Source: Macrostomum lignano (Eukaryota). Taken from it: 31,884 bases of DNA. A program made the translations under genes and the position numbers. Below are positions 10,621 through 20,900 of this stretch, in pieces. Location of the stretch: contig NIVC01004904.1 in assembly GCA_002269645.1 (NCBI GenBank), positions 1 through 31,884 of the forward strand, in the 5' to 3' direction. Every line of letters begins with the position of its first letter. The first letter of the stretch is position 1. The notes beneath the pieces are model-generated. The model was not told the origin of the DNA. It saw nothing but the letters and a program-made list of their open reading frames with translations, and searched no databases.

Positions 10621-11153
10621 TAGTATAGGAGATATCATGGACTTCACTCGTTTATTTTTAAACCTATTTTGCCATAAGAAGGCTTGCAGATATCACTGCC
10701 TGTTATTTTCAGTATGTTTTCCTTTGTTTGACGTTTCTTTCTGTTGTAATCATACTAGCATCACTGTCGGGCTCAGCTTATAAATATCCTCGTGCTACCA
10801 CTAATTACGCAGGTGTCTATAAGTAATAAGCAGAGTAGCCGATTTTCTTTACAAATAATAGAACAGCAAGCCGCATTAATTTGGGTTTTGTGATATTGAT
10901 AATGAGTCAAGTCCTGTGCGCGTGCTCAGGGGTCAGCCTACTTCCTTGGTTGCCTCCTCCAAAGTCAAAATTGATGCTTGCATTAGCAACTTATGAGTTG
11001 CCGCATTCCCACCTGCTAATAACGTCCTCTGTTTGTCTTCCTAAGCTTCAATTTTGCATGTCTACACGATACTACTATTAATAAGTATCTATGTAAGTAG
11101 CGCAATTCAGTCGAAATCTATAATCAATGCTTCATAATAATCATCACTAACAG

Positions 11154-11519
11154 ATTCGATTCCAATCGGAGCTGATGGACACCAGAGCTGACGAATTTCG
11201 CCGACTAAAATCTCTGTCAGTTGTATTGTACGCGTGGCACAATTTTGCTGTTGAATCCAGATTAGCCGAACGACAGAACGAATTAACAGCCGATAATCAT
11301 TGGCGCGAGGCGCTGCTAGCGCGCTGCCTGGCCGCCTGGCGCCGTCTGCCAGAGGCGCGCAAAGCTGAAGAAGCCAAACGTCAGAGGCTAGACCAGCTGA
11401 GATATCGGGTCAGAGATTTGCTGCCCGACTTTGAGTTGGGCTCGGCTGCTGCCTCCTTAGCGTCATTGGAAACCACCGGCACACCTGTTGCTAAGCCGGA
11501 CGGTAGCGGCGACTTTTGA
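11154..11519 (+). CDS. CCDC191: CCDC191-like gene, terminal exon 5 (121 codons plus stop)
   Basis: Acceptor CACTAACAG ends at 11153, in frame with ORF 11175. QRLDQLRYRVRDLLPDFE resembles human RRQQLRRKVVEILPDFQ. The spliced CDS totals 2838 nt (945 aa), close to the ~940 aa human protein as I recall it. Confidence 0.9.
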   Translation: MRFQSELMDTRADEFRRLKSLSVVLYAWHNFAVESRLAERQNELTADNHWREALLARCLAAWRRLPEARKAEEAKRQRLDQLRYRVRDLLPDFELGSAAASLASLETTGTPVAKPDGSGDF

Positions 11520-12919
11520 CTTTTGAGTTAACTGTTGAGTCACCTGAGCTGCAGAATTGTACAAGAGTCGCGAAAGAGTCTCACAAGAGTCGTTGTGTTA
11601 GCGTTGAACTTTCTACTAACTCAAGTAGACTAAATGAAATTAGTTGTTATATAAATTGGAAAGGCCCTTTATACGCAACTCGCTACAGTGACTCCAGCAC
11701 GCCTCAGATGCGACTCTGCGTCCCGGAGTTGTACGTTGCACCGAGACATCTCGTAGTTTTAGAGTCCTCTTAAGTCAATTATTTCCTATTTTACCTGTGT
11801 TACCTGAAGCGACTCTGCGGGCTAGAGATGATGCCTCTATTAAGCTGCATACTAACCGCTGCCAAATCAGCTTAACTTGCACAATTATCAGTCTGGGGCT
11901 TGGCACTTCTGTAGAATAATTTTGTTTATGTTATAACCGTATATTTAAATTGTATTTCTAAGAATCACAATTTTATCCTCGGATTATATCGCTTCATGAA
12001 ATCATTCCAAAAGTTCAACATTCCAAACTGATTTAAAACAGCCGTCCCTTTAAACATAAATTATTGCATTTTAAATCGATCAACTGACGTTTTTATATCG
12101 CAAAGCTCTGCGTGTACTTTATGAATGTATATAGATTAAATATTGATTTTGTTCATGCATATACGTGTTTTATTATTATGTCGATTTTAATATAGTGGAG
12201 TTTATAAATTAGCAGGCAGGCGTTACGTATACAAGGAGTGATTTGAATTATAAAATATTCTCTTCAGCTAGTAATGTGAAGTTTACTTCCACTCTTTCGA
12301 GGTGTTTTCCTGTTTGAAACGGAAGCCCCATTGTTAGTAACGGGTTTTTTCAAGGTTTGAAATCGGAAGCGTTAATCCGATTTTTAAAAACACGCACTAA
12401 TGTGGAAACTCGTGATTTTGTTGCTGGGCATTCATCTATTGTGCCGTCGTGTTTTTTTATTCTACTGTTTGACTAGCTTCGGATTTTCACTTGAAGTTTG
12501 GCTGTAAATACAGGTCTTTTTATCTACAGTGAGAACCGTCCATATTTATTTTGCTGTTCTTAGAAACCATAAAGCTTGGTTACGACTTCTATTTTGTACG
12601 CTTCTACGCGTATAGCCTTATATAATTTTAAGACTTTTTGTGTTTAATTTTTAATTTTGTTAACAAAAATTTGAAAATCAGGAATCAGTTTTGTCATTGA
12701 AAATGGCAATAAAATGACTCGAAAACTGCGTTGCCTTCAGTTAAAGCAATTGTTTTGTGCTGTTAAAAGTACATTTATAAAGAAAAAGCACTACTTTTGT
12801 TTTATTTGTTATTTGATTCTTTGAATTTCGGCATTTTCTGGCCTATTTGCAATCTGACCTTCCATCTCTTCATAAACCATTATTCATGTACTTATTCTCC
12901 GGGATTGTAGAACTCCCTT

Positions 12920-13325
12920 TATAGAAATCTAGTACTTCCTTTCCTGGCATCTAGCGCTCCCTTTTCAGGCATCTACATGTAGTACTCCCTGTCTAGGAAT
13001 CTAGCACTCCCTTTCTAGGAATCTAGCACTCCCTTTCTAGGAATCTAGCACTCCCTGTCTAGGAATCTAGTAATTCCTTTCCTGGCATCTAGCGCGCTCT
13101 CTTTTCAGACATCTACATGTAGCACTCCCTTTCTAGGAATCTAGCACTCCCTTTCTAGGAATCTACCACTCCCTTTCTAGGAATCTAGCACTCCCTTTCT
13201 AGGAATCTAGCACTCCCTTTCTAGGAATCTAGCACTCCCTTTCTTAAAAAAAATCTAGCACTCTAGGGATCTAGTAGTCCCTTTCCTTTCATCTAGCACT
13301 ACCTTTCTAGGAATCTAGCACCCCC
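12920..13325. repeat. Minisatellite, 22-bp unit, ~18 copies, between the convergent 3' ends
   Basis: Unit CTAGGAATCTAGCACTCCCTTT. A variant block containing ATCTACATGT occurs at 12971 and again at 13111. Confidence 0.93.
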
Positions 13326-13502
13326 TTTTCAGGGTTCTGCAAATATGTTCTGTTTTTCCAATACCCACTTATTAGTACAAGCACGTCGTACAGCGTTCAA
13401 TATTTGAAAAAATCACCTGTTCCGGTAATTTGATCGCAAAGGCAAAAATATTAATAATATTCCTAATTAGACAATCAAGACTTAAAATCAAAGTTTTAAG
13501 AC

Positions 13503-13508
13503 TTTATT
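13503..13508 (-). promoter_or_regulatory. Candidate polyadenylation signal (AATAAA) for TMEM86
   Basis: TTTATT on + reads AATAAA on -, about 20 nt downstream of the TMEM86 stop codon. Confidence 0.5.
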
Positions 13509-13526
13509 CCAATAAGTCTTTGTCCA

Positions 13527-14246
13527 TCACTCGAGCGCGCTGACAGCCAGGCCAAACTGGGCCGCATAGTAGGTGAGCATGATCAGGAAGGTGCCGCCCT
13601 CCCGTCCAGCTGACAGCTCCTTAGCTAGCAGTAGGATATCGCTGGCAATGAAAGCGATGGCTCCAATTAATCCAAAGATTGCCGCGTAGCTCTTGGCCTG
13701 CTGTACGTGCCAAAACCGATTGTAGGCCTTTGACATGACGTAAAATAGAAACACTAGGTAGCCTTTAGCCATGGCGCCCAAGATGAAGCTGTGCCCAGAG
13801 CCGAGCATCAGCAGCACTGGCACGCTTAGCAGTACCAGTACACTGCTTAACGGACTGTCGCCTCCGGTCTTGCCTTCGGACTGTTGAAAAGCTCGCTTGT
13901 ATTGCACATGAGCCGCTATGAAGCTGGCCGCTCCCAGTATGGCGCACAAGTCGCTCTTTACATTCACCAGCAGAGCGTCGCCCAGAGCCGACCAGAGCAG
14001 AGCCTTGCGAATTCGTTCGGCGTACTTCGTACTGCCAGTCTGCTGGAGTCGCTTAGTCAAAATGAATACCAGAGTGAAGATTGGCAACACCTTGACGAAT
14101 ATCTCCTCAGCCAGAGCCACTCTGCAATGTAGCCTTGCTTCTGGCTCACTAGTAGACTTGGTCAAATAGTTGAGAAAGTACAGACCGACCGGATAGCTGT
14201 ACAGTTGCAGGGCGGCATGATAGGGTATCGGAAGCTGTGGCAGCAT
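13527..14246 (-). CDS. TMEM86: TMEM86/YhhN-family lysoplasmalogenase (alkenylglycerophospholipid hydrolase), 239 aa, single coding exon
   Basis: First ATG at 14246 (MLPQL...); the ORF track start at 14339 is a GTG. Family motifs in order: VKVLPIFTL, WSALGDALL, SFIAAHVQYKRAF, GAIAFIASDILL, LIMLTYYAAQFGLAVSA. Multi-pass hydrophobic profile; both conserved Asp (GD, SD) present. Confidence 0.92.
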   Translation of the reverse strand: MLPQLPIPYHAALQLYSYPVGLYFLNYLTKSTSEPEARLHCRVALAEEIFVKVLPIFTLVFILTKRLQQTGSTKYAERIRKALLWSALGDALLVNVKSDLCAILGAASFIAAHVQYKRAFQQSEGKTGGDSPLSSVLVLLSVPVLLMLGSGHSFILGAMAKGYLVFLFYVMSKAYNRFWHVQQAKSYAAIFGLIGAIAFIASDILLLAKELSAGREGGTFLIMLTYYAAQFGLAVSALE

Positions 14247-14990
14247 CTTGTCCTCGATATGTAACAAAAGTATCAGCTTTGGAATCTCGCACCGCGCGAG
14301 ACGTGACTTCTTCTTTGATCGGGTGTTTGTAAGCGTCACGAGAAAAGCGAACGGAATGCTGTGTCTTTTAAGACTTTGGCGAGCCTTTTCCCTATCTGGC
14401 TTGGTGCATTCGTGAGAAGGGCTTCTATTCCAAGAGAGATAAGAAATAATCTTGGGCTAAGCCTAGCTCACGGTCTGCAATCTGCAGCGGGGTAAGGTAT
14501 TGTATATAGGTGCCCTTGAAACTCGTAAGCGAGCAAATGAGCGAATATGATACATTGCCAAGTCTGTCTGTGCCTGAGTGATTTGGCTCTAGATCAACCC
14601 TCAGGGGGCTACTAAGTATAAGTCATATGCGCCAGAGTTACGATGCAATGGGCCTTGCAGATAAAAGTCCAAGACACTGTCCGAATGGCAACTTTACTTA
14701 CCTACATGTAGAAACCCTGTTGGAAGATAGGCTGAGTGCTGTCTTAGTTTTTGTTTTTTCCTGCTATCTTTCTAAGCAGGAGATTCCTTATAGAAAAATA
14801 TTTATATTAAAATTTTTAATCAAACTGAAACTTTTGTAGTTTTCAAAATTTTCAACTGCAGTCAAAATCAGAAAATTTTTGACCACCTTTCGAAGGCTTC
14901 ATTTTAAAGTGCCCGAAATCACCTCTTAGAAATCGCATATACATCTATATGAATCTACATGAAGGTTTTTGCCGACAGTCTTGCTTAGAA

Positions 14991-17900
14991 GATGCAGTCA
15001 TCAAGTCTAATTGGCCTGACACTCAAAGCTGCAGTCTAATAGATGCAGTCATCAAGTCTAATTGGCCTGACACTCAAAGCTGCAGTCTAATAGATGCAAT
15101 CATCAAGTCTAATTGGCCTGACACTCAAAGCTGCAGTCTAATAGATGCAGTCATCAAGTCTAATTGGCCTGACACTCAAAGCTGCAGTCTAATAGATGCA
15201 ATCATCAAGTCTAATTGGCCTGACACTCAAAGCTGCAGTCTAATAGATGCAGTCATCAAGTCTAATTGGCCTGACACTCAAAGCTGCAGTCTAATAGATG
15301 CAGTCATCAAGTCTAATTGGCCTGACACTCAAAGCTGCAGTCTAATAGATGCAATCATCAAGTCTAATTGGCCTGACACTCAAAGCTGCAGTCTAATAGA
15401 TGCAGTCATCAAGTCTAATTGGCCTGACACTCAAAGCTGCAGTCTAATAGATGCAGTCATCAAGTCTAATTGGCCTGACACTCAAAGCTGCAGTCTAATA
15501 GATGCAATCATCAAGTCTAATTGGCCTGACACTCAAATCTGCAGTCTAAAGATGCAATCATCAAGTCTAACTGGCCTGACACTCAAAGCTGCAGTCTAAT
15601 AGATGCAGTCATCAAGTCTAATTGGCCTGACACTCAAAGCTGCAGTCTAATAGATGCAATCATCAAGTCTAACAGGCCTGACACTCAAAGCTGCAGTCTA
15701 ATAGATGCAAGCATCAAGTCTAACTGGCCTGACACTCAAAGCTGCAGTCTAAAAGATGCAGTCATCAAGTCTAACTGGCTGACACTCAAAGCTGCAGTCT
15801 AATAGATGCAATCATCAAGTCTAACAGGCCTGACACTCAAAGCTGCAGTCTAATAGATGCAATCATCAAGTCTAACTGGCCAGACACTCAAAGCTGCAGT
15901 CTAATAGATGCAATCATCAAGTCTAACTGGCCTGACACTCAAAGCTGCAGTCTAATAGATGCAATTATCAAGTCTAACAGGCCTGACACTCAAAGCTGCA
16001 GTCTAAAGATGCAATCATCAAGTCCAACTAGTCTGAACTCAAATCTGCAGTCTAATAGATGCAATCATCAAGTCTAATAGGCCTGACACTCAAAGCTGCA
16101 GTCTAATAGATGCAATCATCAAGTCTAACAGGCCTGACACTCAAATCTGCAGTCTAATAGATGCAATCATCAAGTCTAACTGGCCTGACACTCAAAGCTG
16201 CAGTCTAATAGATGCAATCATCAAGTCTAACAGGCCTGACACTCAAAGCTGCAGTCTAATAGATGCAATCATCAAGTCTAATTGGCCTGACACTCAAAGC
16301 TGCAGTCTAATAGATGCAATCATCAAGTCTAACGGCTGACACTCAAAGCTGCAGTCTAATAGATGCAATTATCAAGTCTAACAGGCCTGACACTCAAAGC
16401 TGCAGTCTAATAGATGCAATCATCAAGTCTAACTAGTCTGAACTCAAATCTGCAGTCTAATAGATGCAATCATCAAGTCTAATTGGCCTGACACTCAAAG
16501 CTGCAGTCTAATAGATGCAATCATCAAGTCTAATTGGCCTGACACTCAAAGCTGCAGTCTAATAGATGCAATCATCAAGTCTAATTGGCCTGACACTCAA
16601 ATCTGCAGTCTAAAAGATGCAATTATCAAGTCTAACTGGCCTGACACTCAAAGCTGCAGTCTAATAGATGCAATCATCAAGTCTAATTGGCCTGACACTC
16701 AAAGCTGCAGTCTAATAGATGCAATCATCAAGTCTAATAGGCCTGACACTCAAAGCTGCAGTCTAATAGATGCAAGCATCAAGTCTAATTGGCCTGACAC
16801 TCAAATCTGCAGTCTAAAGATGCAATCATCAAGTCTAACTGGCCTGACACTCAAAGCTGCAGTCTAATAGATGCAATCATCAAGTCTAATTGGCCTGACA
16901 CTCAAAGCTGCAGTCTAATAGATGCAATCATCAAGTCTAACAGGCCTGACACTCAAAGCTGCAGTCTAATAGATGCAAGCATCAAGTCTAACTGGCCTGA
17001 CACTCAAAGCTGCAGTCTAAAGATGCAGTCATCAAGTCTAACTGGCCTGACACTCAAAGCTGCAGTCTAATAGATGCAATCATCAAGTCTAACAGGCCTG
17101 ACACTCAAAGCTGCAGTCTAATAGATGCAATCATCAAGTCTAACTGGCCTGACACTCAAAGCTGCAGTCTAATAGATGCAATCATCAAGTCTAACTGGCC
17201 TGACACTCAAAGCTGCAGTCTAATAGATGCAATCATCAAGTCTAACAGGCCTGACACTCAAAGCTGCAGTCTAATAGATGCAATCATCAAGTCTAGTCTG
17301 ACACTCAAAGCTGCAGTCTAATAGATGCAATCATCAAGTCTAACTGGCCTGACACTCAAAGCTGCAGTCTAATAGATGCAGTCATCAAGTCTAACTGGCC
17401 TGACACTCAAAGCTGCAGTCTAATAGATGCAGTCATCAAGTCTAATTGGCCTGACACTCAAAGCTGCAGTCTAATAGATGCAATCATCAAGTCTAATTGG
17501 CCTGACACTCAAAGCTGCAGTCTAATAGATGCAGTCATCAAGTCTAACAGGCCTGACACTCAAAGCTGCAGTCTAATAGATGCAATCATCAAGTCTAATT
17601 GGCCTGACACTCAAAGCTGCAGTCTAATAGATGCAGTCATCAAGTCTAATTGGCCTGACACTCAAAGCTGCAGTCTAATAGATGCAGTCATCAAGTCTAA
17701 TTGGCCTGACACTCAAAGCTGCAGTCTAATAGATGCAATCATCAAGTCTAATTGGCCTGACACTCAAAGCTGCAGTCTAATAGATGCAGTCATCAAGTCT
17801 AATTGGCCTGACACTCAAAGCTGCAGTCTAATAGATGCAGTCATCAAGTCTAATTGGCCTGACACTCAAAGCTGCAGTCTAATAGATGCAATCATCAAGT

Positions 17901-20900
17901 CTAATTGGCCTGACACTCAAAGCTGCAGTCTAATAGATGCAATCATCAAGTCTAATTGGCCTGACACTCAAAGCTGCAGTCTAATAGATGCAATCATCAA
18001 GTCTAATTGGCCTGACACTCAAAGCTGCAGTCTAATAGATGCAATCATCAAGTCTAATGGCCTGACACTCAAAGCTGCAGTCTAATAGATGCAATCATCA
18101 AGTCTAATTGGCCTGACACTCAAAGCTGCAGTCTAATAGATGCAATCATCAAGTCTAACAGGCCTGACACTCAAAGCTGCAGTCTAATAGATGCAATCAT
18201 CAAGTCTAATTGGCCTGACACTCAAAGCTGCAGTCTAATAGATGCAATCATCAAGTCTAACTGGCCTGACACTCAAAGCTGCAGTCTAATAGATGCAATC
18301 ATCAAGTCTAATTGGCCTGACACTCAAAGCTGCAGTCTAATAGATGCAATCATCAAGTCTAACAGGCCTGACACTCAAAGCTGCAGTCTAAAGATGCAAG
18401 CATCAAGTCTAACTGGCCTGACACTCAAAGCTGCAGTCTAAAGATGCAATCATCAAGTCTAACTGGCCTGACACTCAAAGCTGCAGTCTAATAGATGCAA
18501 TCATCAAGTCTAACAGGCCTGACACTCAAAGCTGCAGTCTAATAGATGCAATCATCAAGTCTAACTGGCCTGACACTCAAAGCTGCAGTCTAATAGATGC
18601 AATCATCAAGTCTAACTGGCCTGACACTCAAAGCTGCAGTCTAATAGATGCAATTATCAAGTCTAACAGGCCTGACACTCAAAGCTGCAGTCTAATAGAT
18701 GCAATCATCAAGTCTAACTAGGCCTGACACTCAAAGCTGCAGTCTAATAGATGCAATCATCAAGTCTAATAGGCCTGACACTCAAAGCTGCAGTCTAATA
18801 GATGCAATCATCAAGTCTAACAGGCCTGACACTCAAAGCTGCAGTCTAATAGATGCAATCATCAAGTCTAACTGGCCTGACACTCAAAGCTGCAGTCTAA
18901 TAGATGCAATCATCAAGTCTAACAGGCCTGACACTCAAAGCTGCAGTCTAATAGATGCAATCATCAAGTCTAATTGGCCTGACACTCAAAGCTGCAGTCT
19001 AATAGATGCAATCATCAAGTCTAACAGGCCTGACACTCAAAGCTGCAGTCTAATAGATGCAATCATCAAGTCTAACTAGGCCTGACACTCAAATCTGCAG
19101 TCTAATAGATGCAATCATCAAGTCTAACTAGGCCTGACACTCAAATCTGCAGTCTAATAGATGCAATCATCAAGTCTAATAGGCCTGACACTCAAAGCTG
19201 CAGTCTAATAGATGCAATCATCAAGTCTAACAGGCCTGACACTCAAAGCTGCAGTCTAATAGATGCAATCATCAAGTCTAACTGGCCTGACACTCAAAGC
19301 TGCAGTCTAATAGATGCAATCATCAAGTCTAACAGGCCTGACACTCAAAGCTGCAGTCTAATAGATGCAATCATCAAGTCTAATTGGCCTGACACTCAAA
19401 GCTGCAGTCTAATAGATGCAATCATCAAGTCTAACAGGCCTGACACTCAAAGCTGCAGTCTAATAGATGCAATCATCAAGTCTAACTAGGCCTGACACTC
19501 AAAGCTGCAGTCTAATAGATGCAATCATCAAGTCTAACTGGCCTGACACTCAAAGCTGCAGTCTAATAGATGCAGTCATCAAGTCTAATTGGCCTGACAC
19601 TCAAAGCTGCAGTCTAATAGATGCAATCATCAAGTCTAATTGGCCTGACACTCAAAGCTGCAGTCTAATAGATGCAGTCATCAAGTCTAATTGGCCTGAC
19701 ACTCAAAGCTGCAGTCTAATAGATGCAATCATCAAGTCTAATTGGCCTGACACTCAAAGCTGCAGTCTAATAGATGCAGTCATCAAGTCTAATTGGCCTG
19801 ACACTCAAAGCTGCAGTCTAATAGATGCAGTCATCAAGTCTAATTGGCCTGACACTCAAAGCTGCAGTCTAATAGATGCAATCATCAAGTCTAATTGGCC
19901 TGACACTCAAAGCTGCAGTCTAATAGATGCAGTCATCAAGTCTAATTGGCCTGACACTCAAAGCTGCAGTCTAATAGATGCAATCATCAAGTCTAATTGG
20001 CCTGACACTCAAAGCTGCAGTCTAATAGATGCAATCATCAAGTCTAACAGGCCTGACACTCAAAGCTGCAGTCTAATAGATGCAATCATCAAGTCTAACT
20101 GGCCTGACACTCAAAGCTGCAGTCTAATAGATGCAATCATCAAGTCTAATTGGCCTGACACTCAAAGCTGCAGTCTAATAGATGCAATCATCAAGTCTAA
20201 CAGGCCTGACACTCAAAGCTGCAGTCTAATAGATGCAATCATCAAGTCTAACTGGCCTGACACTCAAAGCTGCAGTCTAAAGATGCAATCATCAAGTCTA
20301 ACTGGCCTGACACTCAAAGCTGCAGTCTAATAGATGCAATCATCAAGTCTAACAGGCCTGACACTCAAAGCTGCAGTCTAATAGATGCAATCATCAAGTC
20401 TAACTGGCCTGACACTCAAAGCTGCAGTCTAATAGATGCAATCATCAAGTCTAACTGGCCTGACACTCAAAGCTGCAGTCTAATAGATGCAATCATCAAG
20501 TCTAACAGGCCTGACACTCAAAGCTGCAGTCTAATAGATGCAATCATCAAGTCTAACTGGCCTGACACTCAAAGCTGCAGTCTAATAGATGCAATCATCA
20601 AGTCTAATAGGCCTGACACTCAAAGCTGCAGTCTAAAGATGCAATCATCAAGTCTAACTGGCCTGACACTCAAAGCTGCAGTCTAATAGATGCAATCATC
20701 AAGTCTAATTAGCCTGACACTCAAAGCTGCAGTCTAATAGATGCAATCATCAAGTCTAACAGGCCTGACACTCAAAGCTGCAGTCTAAAGATGCAATCAT
20801 CAAGTCTAACTGGCCTGACACTCAAAGCTGCAGTCTAATAGATGCAGTCATCAAGTCTAACTGGCCTGACACTCAAAGCTGCAGTCTAATAGATGCAATC

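Noticed and set aside
11560-11820. Inverted repeat AGAGTCGC / GCGACTCT in the CCDC191 3' region
   Set aside because: Only 8 bp match over a 140-250 nt separation, too weak to support an RNA structure or MITE.
14247-14339. 31-aa N-terminal extension of TMEM86 from GTG at 14339
   Set aside because: It uses a non-ATG start. ATG at 14246 already gives a family-typical 239 aa.
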